Shown in pieces: positions 27,050-36,022 of a stretch of 36,973 nucleotides of DNA. Positions within the stretch are counted from its first letter, which is position 1, and the number at the start of each line of letters is the position of its first letter. Below the pieces are notes generated by a model that did not search any database, was not told where the DNA came from, and saw nothing but the letters and a program-made list of their open reading frames with translations. A program made the translations under genes and the position numbers. This DNA comes from a virus (Duplodnaviria; Caudoviricetes), in the IMG/VR virus record IMGVR_UViG_3300016649_000276, positions 1 to 36,973 of that record; one strand, given 5' to 3'.

Positions 27050-28428
27050 TGTCCTGGTCTGAAAGTATGCAGGATGCGAGTTTTCGCAATGTCCGTTTTG
27101 ATGTGATCAACACCCGCGACAGCGTCGAACGTGCCCTGGCTCAGCATGAATATCCGTATCTCGATGGTGCTGACATCCAGGATATGGGTGCTCAACCTCG
27201 CAGCCTTCAGCTCACGGCCATGCTGTGGGGCGATGATTACGAAAGCCGCTTACAGACGTTACTGCAGGCGCTGGATAAGCGTGACGCCGGTGATTTGATC
27301 CACCCGATATTCGGCTCTATGCCGAATATGCAGGTGAAGCTTTACCAGGTCAATCACGAAGCCGATAACGTGGATGCCTGCACAATTGATATCCAGTTTG
27401 TGCAGTCAAAAACGGGCAACCCATTCTTTATTAACGGCTATCCGACGTCTCAGGCTGATGCGATTTTCAATAACATTCAGGGCATGATTGATAATGCCAA
27501 TACCCTGATAGACAACGCGCTTAAGCCTTTGCGCACGGCCCGCAGCCTGATGTCAAAAGCCAAGTCTCTGGCCACGGCCGCGCTGAACATGACGACCATC
27601 TTTAAAAGCGAAGTGACGGGGTTCACCAGCAGCACGACGGATTTCATTAATTATCCGGCGGCATTTTTCAGTGATCTGCAGTCCACGCTGAGCCTTAAAT
27701 CGGCCAGTTCACAAAGCAGCACCGGAAAAAGCGTAGGCAGTTATTCCACTGCTACACCCACGTCAACAACGAGTGCAGATAACGCATCACAGGTGGCATT
27801 GCAGACCTATGCCGCTACTCCCGGACTGATTATGTCGGACTGGTCAGCCGTGTATGCCCAGGCTAAGGGCGTGGCCTCGTTACCGAAAGACCTGGTTACG
27901 GGGGCGAAGGAAGCCCCGGTCGCTATGCCGTCACGTACCACCACGGCGGACATTGCCGAGCTTATCGCACTGACCTCACTGGCGGTCACCATCGAACTGA
28001 CCGAGCAGGCGTCTGCCATTCTCAGCGAAGACACGCTGACGGCCTACATGACCCCGGACGATGTCGAGACAATTGTTAACGCCGCCCGTCAGTCTATCCA
28101 GGACACCATCGACCAGCACCGCACGCTGTATGCGCCGGCGCTCAGTACCATCAGCAGCAGTGAGCAACCTTTAGGTTTGGAATACGAGCCCGTGATATCG
28201 GCATTAAAAGACATTGCGTTGTCTCTGCAGGCGCTGGGGGAAGCGGTCATTAATGCCAGACCACCGCTGATTAAGCGCACGGTCAACCGTCCGGCCAACC
28301 TGCACTTGATCGCCTACGGGTGGTACGGCGATTTTAGCCGCGCCGAAGAATTGTTGCGCCTTAATCCAAAACTGCGTGACCCGAATGACCTTAAGCCGGG
28401 GGATATCATCAATGCCTACAGTGAATAA
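27049..28428 (+). CDS. DNA circularisation protein (Mu gpN-like)
   Basis: 'MQDASFRNVRF...HEYPYLDG..IQDMG...GDLIHPIFG'; C-terminal 'LIAYGWYGDFSRAEELLRLNP'. Confidence 0.9.
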   Translation: MSWSESMQDASFRNVRFDVINTRDSVERALAQHEYPYLDGADIQDMGAQPRSLQLTAMLWGDDYESRLQTLLQALDKRDAGDLIHPIFGSMPNMQVKLYQVNHEADNVDACTIDIQFVQSKTGNPFFINGYPTSQADAIFNNIQGMIDNANTLIDNALKPLRTARSLMSKAKSLATAALNMTTIFKSEVTGFTSSTTDFINYPAAFFSDLQSTLSLKSASSQSSTGKSVGSYSTATPTSTTSADNASQVALQTYAATPGLIMSDWSAVYAQAKGVASLPKDLVTGAKEAPVAMPSRTTTADIAELIALTSLAVTIELTEQASAILSEDTLTAYMTPDDVETIVNAARQSIQDTIDQHRTLYAPALSTISSSEQPLGLEYEPVISALKDIALSLQALGEAVINARPPLIKRTVNRPANLHLIAYGWYGDFSRAEELLRLNPKLRDPNDLKPGDIINAYSE

Positions 28429-29641
28429 TCAGCAGGCGGCGATTATTGATCAGGATAAAGTCAGCGTGATTATCGCCGGAAAAGCGCACGCCGACTGGAT
28501 GACCTACCAGATTGACAGCGATTTCCTTATCCCTGCTGACCAGTGGAGCATGACGCTGGGCCTGCCGACCGGTAAGTTTCCCGCCGATGTGAAACGCGGC
28601 GCGGCCGCTCAGGTAAAAATCGGCGCGGATACGGTGATGGTGGGTCGGATTGATAACGTCCAGCGCTCCGTTGCCCGTGGTCAGGTCGCACTATCGTTAA
28701 GCGGCCGTGACAGCACGGCCATACTGGTAGACTGCGCATCACCGGTGCTGACCGCCCGTCAGGTGACGCTGGAAGAAGTGATCGCCCAGGTTGTCCGGCC
28801 GCTCGGTATCACCAATATCCGGCTGCAGGCCGAAAGCTCAATCCGTAACGACAAAGTGACCGTCGAACCCGGCGAACGCGCCTGGGACACGCTGATGCGT
28901 GCTTGTGCCGGTCGCGGTCTGTGGCCGTGGTTCGCCCCGGACGGCACCTTAATTATCGGTGGCCCGGACTACACCACCGCCCCAGTGGCCACGCTGATCA
29001 TGCGCATCAATGGTCAGGGAAATAACCTGCTGCAGCTCAGTGATACAAGTTCGATTGAGCGTTCGTTTTCTCAGCTCACTGTGCTGGGCCAGGGACACGC
29101 GCACACCACCAAAAAAAGCAGCCTGGCGATTGTCGATGTGGATTCACCCGATGCGGTCACGGTCGAAGACGACACCGATACGGACGACAGCCAGGACACT
29201 ACAGTCGGCACAGCTGAGACGGGTTTTCACGGCATGAAAGCAGTCGTGTCTGACCCGTCGATTTCTTACTACCGGCCGCAGGTGCTGGTCATGCACGATG
29301 CGGACAGCCAGGAACAAATTCAGTACCGCGCCCGCAAGGCGATGGCAGACGCCCGTCTCGCCGGATATGCGCTCAATGCCACCGTTCACGGTCACCGCAC
29401 ATCAGACAAGGTGCTGTGGGCTCCCGGACAGCGCATTCACGTTATCAGTGAACCACATGAAATAGATGCCATCTTTTTCCTGATGGGCCGTGAGTTCAAC
29501 CTTAGCCGCAGCGGCGGCACCACCACCACGCTGAGACTCAAAGAAGATGGCGTCTGGATACCGGATGCGTTTCCGAAGAAAAAGAAGAAGCGCAATGCCA
29601 AGAAAAAGAAAGCCGATGTGAGGATTGTCGATGTGGAATAA
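28412..29641 (+). CDS. Baseplate hub protein (Mu gp44/gpP), 409 aa
   Basis: 'YQIDSDFLIPADQW', 'LSGRDSTAILVDC', 'VEPGERAWD', 'LWAPGQRI'. Confidence 0.9.
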   Translation: MPTVNNQQAAIIDQDKVSVIIAGKAHADWMTYQIDSDFLIPADQWSMTLGLPTGKFPADVKRGAAAQVKIGADTVMVGRIDNVQRSVARGQVALSLSGRDSTAILVDCASPVLTARQVTLEEVIAQVVRPLGITNIRLQAESSIRNDKVTVEPGERAWDTLMRACAGRGLWPWFAPDGTLIIGGPDYTTAPVATLIMRINGQGNNLLQLSDTSSIERSFSQLTVLGQGHAHTTKKSSLAIVDVDSPDAVTVEDDTDTDDSQDTTVGTAETGFHGMKAVVSDPSISYYRPQVLVMHDADSQEQIQYRARKAMADARLAGYALNATVHGHRTSDKVLWAPGQRIHVISEPHEIDAIFFLMGREFNLSRSGGTTTTLRLKEDGVWIPDAFPKKKKKRNAKKKKADVRIVDVE

Positions 29642-30281
29642 TATTGATGCGCGTATTAATCGTGCTTTATCGGGCATTCGTCGTGCATTTAGAGGGGTTT
29701 TAACGCGCGTTAACAGCGCCGGCCCGGTACAAACCGTGCAGGCCAACGGCGTTGCCGGCGAGCAGCTGCAGGACGCAGAGCTTTACCAGCATTTCGGTTT
29801 TACATCCGTGCCGCCGGCTGGTTCTAAGGCGATCATCTTGCCGCTGGGCGGCCAGACCTCGCATTCCATCATCATTGCGACCGAACACACCGCTTATCGC
29901 ATTAAGGCGCTTAAATCGGGGGAAGTATCGATTTACAGCGATGAGGGGGCGCATATCACCATCAAAAAGGGCCGCATCGTTGATGTGGAATGTGATACAT
30001 ATCAGGTCAGGTGCAAGAACTACAACGTGACTGCCGAAGAGAAAGCCAACTTTGACACGCCGATGGTCAACGCGACGCATCAGGTGACCGCCCAGGAAAA
30101 ACTGACCGGTAACGGCGGCATGGCCATTCAAGGCGGAACAGGTGCCAGCTTTAACGGTAACGTCAGTCAGACTGGCGGAGACTACACTACAGACGGCAAC
30201 GTCAAAGCGGGTGAAATTGAACTCGATGGCCACCATCATCAAGGCGACTCCGGCGGTTCCACCGGGCCTTCACTCCCTTAG
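29631..30281 (+). CDS. Baseplate central spike (Mu gp45/P2 gpV-like), 216 aa
   Basis: 'ELYQHFGFTSVPP', beta-helix repeats, C-terminal HxH apex 'GHHHQGDSGG'. Confidence 0.92.
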   Translation: MWNNIDARINRALSGIRRAFRGVLTRVNSAGPVQTVQANGVAGEQLQDAELYQHFGFTSVPPAGSKAIILPLGGQTSHSIIIATEHTAYRIKALKSGEVSIYSDEGAHITIKKGRIVDVECDTYQVRCKNYNVTAEEKANFDTPMVNATHQVTAQEKLTGNGGMAIQGGTGASFNGNVSQTGGDYTTDGNVKAGEIELDGHHHQGDSGGSTGPSLP

Positions 30282-30335
30282 CCACTGAACCCCGTCATAT
30301 AACTCCAGTATATCCATGCTGCTAATCTGCCAGCA
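30282..30335 (+). promoter_or_regulatory. Activator-dependent late promoter 3 (baseplate wedge/fibre operon)
   Basis: CCACTGAACCCCGTCATATAACT (30282-30304), -10 TAATCT (30323-30328), predicted +1 at the A of ATG 30335. Confidence 0.8.
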
Positions 30336-30341
30336 TGGATA
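30311..30341 (+). promoter_or_regulatory. 11-bp perfect hairpin burying the gp46 start codon
   Basis: TATCCATGCTG (30311-30321) / CAGCATGGATA (30331-30341); the -10 hexamer lies in the 9-nt loop. Confidence 0.8.
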
Positions 30342-30685
30342 CTCTTCTCGACCCAACGACTGGCGACTACGCCGGCACTCAGACCCAAACCCTGGCAAAT
30401 CCAGTTTATCTGCGTTTGATGGTGCCGCTCGGCTCCTGGTGGGCAAATTCGAAACTGGGTTCAAAGCTTCATCTGCTGCAGCGCGAGAAAGATGTCAGCC
30501 GCGTCAGGGTTTTAGCAAGACAGTATGCCGAAGAAGCCCTGGCACCACTGGTCGAAGATGGCCGCGCTACCAGCATCACGGTCACGGCCAGTCAGGGCAA
30601 TCCAGGCTGGCTGATATTGCTGATTGAAGTGGTATCCGCGTCGGACGATAGACAAACATTTACTTTGCCAGTGAGAGTCAGCTGA
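30335..30685 (+). CDS. Baseplate protein (Mu gp46-like)
   Basis: 'LLDPTTGDY...VYLRL..PLGSWWA...LGSKLHLLQREK...ARQYAEEALAPL'. Confidence 0.9.
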   Translation: MDTLLDPTTGDYAGTQTQTLANPVYLRLMVPLGSWWANSKLGSKLHLLQREKDVSRVRVLARQYAEEALAPLVEDGRATSITVTASQGNPGWLILLIEVVSASDDRQTFTLPVRVS

Positions 30686-31746
30686 TGTCGTTTATTACTC
30701 CAACCTTTGATGAAATACGACAAGACATATTAAGGGATATTAATAACCTGCTCCCTAATGCTGATACGGGTGATGACAGTGACTATTATATTCGTGCTTC
30801 ATCGGTAGCCAGTGTTGCTGCGGGTATTTACCAGCATCAGGCATGGATTGTGCGCCAGATTTTCCCCGATACTGCTGATACTGATTATCTCGAATGGCAT
30901 TCACGTGTTCGCAGCATTTATAGAAAATCGCAGACATCTGCAACCGGGCCAATCGCCGTCAGTGGGGAAGCGGGTTCGACGGCTCTCGCAGGTTATGTCA
31001 TAACCCGAGGTGAGCTGTCATATATCACTACAGCCGATGTGACTATCGGTGCTGACGGTACAGGTACCGTGCAGGCATCCGCCTCAACTTCAGGTTCAGC
31101 AGGCAATACGCTTGCTGCCGCAAGCGGCATTTTCTCATCAACGCCAACAGGATTTGATAGTTCGGTCACTATAGGGATTATGTCCGGTGGGACAGATAAC
31201 GAATCTGATACGGATTTATTAAGCAGGCTTCTTGATGTCATCAGACGCCCCCCTGCTGGGGGTAACCAGTTCGATTATAAACGCTGGGCGCTGTCAGTCG
31301 ATGGCGTTTCAGCGGCATATGTCTACCCGCTTCGCCGGGGACTCGGCACGGTTGATATCGTTGTAACCTCAGCCAACGGCATGTCTTCAAATGAGATTAT
31401 CGCGGCTACTCAGGCTTACATTGATTCAGTGCGTCCGGTAACGGCTAAAAACACGCTGGTATTATCCCCGACATTCCATGTGATCGATATTGCAGTAAAG
31501 GTTTCCTTGAATGGCATAGATTTACCGACCGCTACATTAGCCATTACCGTTGCCATTACCGACTATATAAATCGCCTCGCACCCGGAGAATCATTCATCC
31601 GTTCTCAGGCGGAAACGGTTATTTCACAGATTACGGGCATCGTAGACAGGGAAATAGTTTCTCCTTCTGCAAATGTCTTTCCATTAGTGGACGAAAACGT
31701 CGTTGAATGGATCCGCTTAGGTGAAATTTCGGTAGCGCAGATATGA
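30685..31746 (+). CDS. Baseplate wedge protein J (Mu gp47)
   Basis: 'QIFPDTAD', 'GGTDNESD', 'PPAGGNQFDYKRWAL', 'RRGLGTVD'. Confidence 0.93.
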   Translation: MSFITPTFDEIRQDILRDINNLLPNADTGDDSDYYIRASSVASVAAGIYQHQAWIVRQIFPDTADTDYLEWHSRVRSIYRKSQTSATGPIAVSGEAGSTALAGYVITRGELSYITTADVTIGADGTGTVQASASTSGSAGNTLAAASGIFSSTPTGFDSSVTIGIMSGGTDNESDTDLLSRLLDVIRRPPAGGNQFDYKRWALSVDGVSAAYVYPLRRGLGTVDIVVTSANGMSSNEIIAATQAYIDSVRPVTAKNTLVLSPTFHVIDIAVKVSLNGIDLPTATLAITVAITDYINRLAPGESFIRSQAETVISQITGIVDREIVSPSANVFPLVDENVVEWIRLGEISVAQI

Positions 31747-32402
31747 GCACAGATTACAAAACATTGCTGTCTCTGTTATTACCGCCGAACGCATACAGCA
31801 CCCAACAGAAAAATATTACTGCTGAGTTAACTGCTGAAGGATATGTGTTCAATAGCACCGCTCTCTCTGCCGCGTCTGTTATCGACGCGATCACGCCTTT
31901 TGATGCAGGAAATCTGCTAAGTGATTGGGAGCGTGTATTGGGCCTGACGACTGTTTCTGAAGACCCGTATCAAAAAAGGCTGGATGCCGTACTTATTAAA
32001 CTCGCTGAAATGGGCGGGATAAGCAGTAATTATTTTATCTCAATGGCCGAGCGGATTGGCTACACCATTACTATTGACGAACTCCAGCCCTTTAGAACAG
32101 GCAGTAGCCGCTGCGGTGACACACTTTATATTGAAGACATCATCTTCACCTGGCGTATCAACGTCTACGGGCTAAAAATCACTATGTATTATTTTAGACC
32201 GGGAATATCACGCATCGGTGAAAACCTTATGACCTACGGTGATAAGGTTTTAGAAAGCATTTTCAACAACTTAAAACCAGCTCATACACTTTGTTATTTC
32301 AGGTATGCGTCAGAGATATTGGAGCCATTTTATCTGGATGGCTCTGAAAATTTGGACGGTGTTCAGGAACTAACCGGATACCTGGATAAAGTAACAGACT
32401 AA
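31743..32402 (+). CDS. Baseplate wedge protein (Mu gp48/YmfQ, DUF2313) with C-terminal extension
   Basis: 'LLSDWERVLGL', 'GYTITIDE..PFRTG.SRCGD', 'LKPAHT'. Confidence 0.9.
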   Translation: MSTDYKTLLSLLLPPNAYSTQQKNITAELTAEGYVFNSTALSAASVIDAITPFDAGNLLSDWERVLGLTTVSEDPYQKRLDAVLIKLAEMGGISSNYFISMAERIGYTITIDELQPFRTGSSRCGDTLYIEDIIFTWRINVYGLKITMYYFRPGISRIGENLMTYGDKVLESIFNNLKPAHTLCYFRYASEILEPFYLDGSENLDGVQELTGYLDKVTD

Positions 32403-32413
32403 CTGGAGTTATT

Positions 32414-33220
32414 ATGCAAAGCCTTATGCCGCCAATTGATTCACCAAATAATCTGTTTTCAGATGGGAACCCCAGTACAGGTGCATTGGGTACAGTAGTG
32501 CCTGCATTATGGATGAACAATGTTCAGGCATCTATCCGCGCGTTACAAAGGGAATTATTAACGATCTTAAATGTGGCCAGCATTAATCCTGACGGCGATA
32601 ACTCTGCTCAGGTATTGGAAGCAATTAATAAAATTATTAATAATTCAACCAGTGGCGTTCCTTACGGTGTTCCTTTGCCCTGGCCAACTAATACCCCGCC
32701 TGAAGGCTATCTTCTCTGTAATGGCGCAGCTTTCAGCGCAAGTATTTATCCGAATTTGTCAGCCGTTTATCCAGGTAACACTACACCTGACATGCGGAAT
32801 CAAACGATTAAAGGCCTCCCTTCATCTGGTCGGGCACTGCTTAGCTTAGAAGCTGATAATGTCAAATCACACAGCCATACTGCGACTGTTATCAGCACAG
32901 ATCTGGGGACAATTGCATCAAGCAGTTACAACCATGGAACAGTAGGCACATCTTCCAATGGTACGCATAGTCATACCTTTGACGGTAAAAGTGGCGACTG
33001 GCGTGCAGAAAACCATTTTCCTGCTGATGGCGCTAACGGCGGTACTTATTCGGTTGAAACGAGTCAGGCGGGCGATCATACGCACGTTGTAAATATTGGA
33101 TCACATTCACATACGACAACGCTTGGATCGCATTCCCATGGGATCACTGTAAACGCGACGGGTAATGCTGAAAACACGGTAAAAAACATTGCATTTAACT
33201 ATATTGTGAGGGCTCTCTGA
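32414..33220 (+). CDS. Short tail fibre with collar domain and HxH needle tip
   Basis: Mu-type N-terminus 'FSDGNPSTGALGTVVPALWMNNVQ'; collar 'PYGVPLPWP...GYLLCNG'; HxH repeats; ends 'ENTVKNIAFNYIVRA'. Confidence 0.9.
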   Translation: MQSLMPPIDSPNNLFSDGNPSTGALGTVVPALWMNNVQASIRALQRELLTILNVASINPDGDNSAQVLEAINKIINNSTSGVPYGVPLPWPTNTPPEGYLLCNGAAFSASIYPNLSAVYPGNTTPDMRNQTIKGLPSSGRALLSLEADNVKSHSHTATVISTDLGTIASSSYNHGTVGTSSNGTHSHTFDGKSGDWRAENHFPADGANGGTYSVETSQAGDHTHVVNIGSHSHTTTLGSHSHGITVNATGNAENTVKNIAFNYIVRAL

Positions 33221-33858
33221 TGGTGATGGAAAGCACTATTACTTTGGATAAAAATAATCTCGCGAAAACGCCTGGATCAATAGTTGTATATAACTTTGCT
33301 CCAGACTCGCGGGAATATATAAATTCAAGCACTGAGTATCTTTTCGTCGGCGTAGGAATTCCAGCTAATGCTTGCATCGAACCTCCACCGCAAGTCGAAA
33401 GTAAACAGTCTGCGTTACGGTCATCAGATAATACATCCTGGACTGTGTCACCTGATTTTCGGGGTGATACTGTTTATGATATTTATTCTGCCACTCCCTT
33501 TATCGTCACTGAAATTGGGGCATTGCCTGCAAATTTAACGACATTATCACCTGCGACTGAATTTGATAAATGGGATGGCCAGCAATGGATCACTGACACA
33601 GTGGCGCAGCACGCGGATGAAGTGTCAAAGGCCGAGTCGCTAAAGAAAACGCTTATGGCAAATGCCTCAGAGAAAATCAGCATTCTGCAGGATGCCGTCT
33701 CACTGGGCATAGCTACGGATGATGAGACGAAAGATTTAACTGCCTGGCAGGCCTACCGTGTCCTACTCAGTCGTACCGATACCAGTGCGTCACCTGATGT
33801 TATCTGGCCTTCTTTGCCTGATTCAGCTTCACGATCCCAGGAGACGGCCAATGTCTGA
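33220..33858 (+). CDS. Tail fibre assembly chaperone (Tfa-like)
   Basis: 'GVGIPANAC', 'PDFRGDTVY', 'FDKWDG..W', 'LQDAV.LG.AT..E...L.AW..YRV.L.R.D'. Confidence 0.9.
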   Translation: MVMESTITLDKNNLAKTPGSIVVYNFAPDSREYINSSTEYLFVGVGIPANACIEPPPQVESKQSALRSSDNTSWTVSPDFRGDTVYDIYSATPFIVTEIGALPANLTTLSPATEFDKWDGQQWITDTVAQHADEVSKAESLKKTLMANASEKISILQDAVSLGIATDDETKDLTAWQAYRVLLSRTDTSASPDVIWPSLPDSASRSQETANV

Positions 33859-36022
33859 TTTAAATGAGTCACCGTCATGGGAATCTACCATCCTTCAGCT
33901 TGAGGAGTCAGATAAGGCAAAGGCTGGCCCAAATGGGGTTCTCAATGTTCAGGCTACTCAGCTTGCTAACAGAACCCAATTCTTGAAAGTCTCACTTGAA
34001 TCTATTCCGGATTATAGAGAGTACACATTTTATACCACTCCATCTGACCCAGACGGTACGATAGCTGGACTTTCTGCAACACCCAGTACATTTTTCTTTA
34101 GGGTTGCTCAAGGAACTGGCAGTGAAACAAGCTTCATTTATTATTTGAATAACGCAGGTTCGGCGTTAGAAGTTGCCCGATCCCCTGGAGCTGCCGCAAT
34201 TGAAAACCTGCTTCCATTAAACAAAAATACTAAGTTTTTTGGATCCGATGATGGCAGCTTTCCTTTTTCTGAAAATTATGATCGCATTGGTGTTGATAGT
34301 AATAATGATGTTGTTTTTTACTGGACGGGAAAGGATTTTACAACATTTTTAAACTGGTCTTTCCCATTTATAGCTACTAAAGAATTAAACCTGAATGGGG
34401 TTTTGGTATCAGACCGCAACATCTTGGATGAAAGCAATAAGGAAAATGTTGAAATACTGACAAATTCACAGCACTTCAAAGTACTTGGGCCACAAGGATA
34501 CCCTTTCGCCGAGCAATTCGATTATGTCGCGAAAGACCCCCAGGAGAATTTAATGTGGGCGCAACGGGGTAATGCATATTTCAACTACTTGAAGTGCTTC
34601 TATCATGAAATGGATGTCGATAAATTTTCCGTTAATGGTGTGCCGATAGATGTTAATGGTATTCTTCGTCCTGAGGATGCTCTTAATATAAGCGCTCTTA
34701 GTAATCAATCGCAGTTTGAAACAGATTCTCAATTTCCTTTCAACCCTACAGCGTGGACTATTTTTGATAAAAATAATGATGTTATTTTCCGTGTTGAAGA
34801 CTACTGGCTTGCATTGCAAACTATTGGAGTTCTACAGGGTAAGGTATCAGAATTACAGAATGAGGTGTCTAACCTAAGCTCACAAAAAAACACCCTTTCT
34901 CCGTTCTCGGGCGTCGATGGGGCTGGTGTTTATCAGGTGTTTGTATATGACACTGATACCAAGACACAGGTGCAAGTTACGACAGGCAGCAGTAATGAAA
35001 CAGCACCTCGGGCTGATGCTAATGACCGCATTGTGTGGAATTCAGATCGTAATGATAACGCTCCTGGTGGATTGTTTTATGCCGCACTGCCAGATCTGAA
35101 ACCGCATGCCTATATTGCCCGTAAGAAAATTGTAGGTTGGGGGCATTCATTTATTAATAATGGAAAATTTCTAAATAGGCTAAACCAATTATCCGGTATA
35201 CCAACTTATAATTTTGGACTCTCTGGACAGACTAGCGACGCAATTGCCTCCAGACAGGGTGGATCACCAACATATTATGCTCCAGTGGGTGGTTTTATAC
35301 CTTCATCTGGTCCAGTTACACTAAGCCCACCCGTTCCTGGTCCTTGCCGATCTCTAGCCGCCCCGGTGAACCTTCTGTGCCGCCTATCTGGGGTCGATGG
35401 GACATTTGTCTGGGATGGTACTAATGCGACCTTTACTAGGACATCTGCTGGTGATGCTGTTTCTGTAGCTCAACCAACTCCTTTATATGTGTATCCTGTG
35501 ACAACCGCCGCTGTTTCTGGTGGTATTCCAATCGGAACTTTATATGAGCCACATGATGAATGTATTAATATTTTTTGGATTGGCCGCAACAACCTAAGAG
35601 AAACAGAATTAATTTTTGATAATATAGTTTCCATGGTTGAATATATTAAAAACATAGGTAAAAAAATTGTTATTTTAGCAGATTTCAACTCATCATCAGA
35701 GCCGGTTGGTTCTGAAGGATATAAAAATATGTTAATTATCAATGAGTTAATTAAGAATAGGTATCCTAATTACTACTGTGAAATTAATGGTATTGATATA
35801 CGACAAAACTTTATTAATCATCATAATCCTGCATCTTCTGATGATGTTTCAGATATTGAATTAGGATTAACTCCAAGGTCATTGAGATATGACAATCTTC
35901 ATCCATCTCAACAGATAAGTGGTAGTGGCGGGTCATTGACACCAGATCTTGCATTAGAGATAGGGGCTAACGTGAATGCGGAATTTGTTTATCAATTTAT
36001 TACTTCGAAGGGGTGGTTATAA
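33851..36022 (+). CDS. Second tail fibre/tailspike with C-terminal SGNH (GDSL-like) esterase domain, 723 aa
   Basis: Fibre-anchor N-terminus '...NVQATQLANRTQFLK'; SGNH blocks IVGWGHS, NFGLSGQTS, WIGRNN, DNLHP; AGGAG RBS before ATG 33851. Confidence 0.75.
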   Translation: MSDLNESPSWESTILQLEESDKAKAGPNGVLNVQATQLANRTQFLKVSLESIPDYREYTFYTTPSDPDGTIAGLSATPSTFFFRVAQGTGSETSFIYYLNNAGSALEVARSPGAAAIENLLPLNKNTKFFGSDDGSFPFSENYDRIGVDSNNDVVFYWTGKDFTTFLNWSFPFIATKELNLNGVLVSDRNILDESNKENVEILTNSQHFKVLGPQGYPFAEQFDYVAKDPQENLMWAQRGNAYFNYLKCFYHEMDVDKFSVNGVPIDVNGILRPEDALNISALSNQSQFETDSQFPFNPTAWTIFDKNNDVIFRVEDYWLALQTIGVLQGKVSELQNEVSNLSSQKNTLSPFSGVDGAGVYQVFVYDTDTKTQVQVTTGSSNETAPRADANDRIVWNSDRNDNAPGGLFYAALPDLKPHAYIARKKIVGWGHSFINNGKFLNRLNQLSGIPTYNFGLSGQTSDAIASRQGGSPTYYAPVGGFIPSSGPVTLSPPVPGPCRSLAAPVNLLCRLSGVDGTFVWDGTNATFTRTSAGDAVSVAQPTPLYVYPVTTAAVSGGIPIGTLYEPHDECINIFWIGRNNLRETELIFDNIVSMVEYIKNIGKKIVILADFNSSSEPVGSEGYKNMLIINELIKNRYPNYYCEINGIDIRQNFINHHNPASSDDVSDIELGLTPRSLRYDNLHPSQQISGSGGSLTPDLALEIGANVNAEFVYQFITSKGWL

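Noticed and set aside
11173-30242. Many long minus-strand ORFs (e.g. 11983..12642, 14911..15585, 23441..23962, 29700..30242)
   Set aside because: Antisense shadows of well-supported GC-rich structural genes, with no motifs or RBS.
30316-30627. 103-aa ORF starting at the ATG in the 5' arm of the gp46 hairpin
   Set aside because: Out-of-frame shadow of gp46 with no RBS; that ATG is a by-product of the CATG self-complementarity in the stem.
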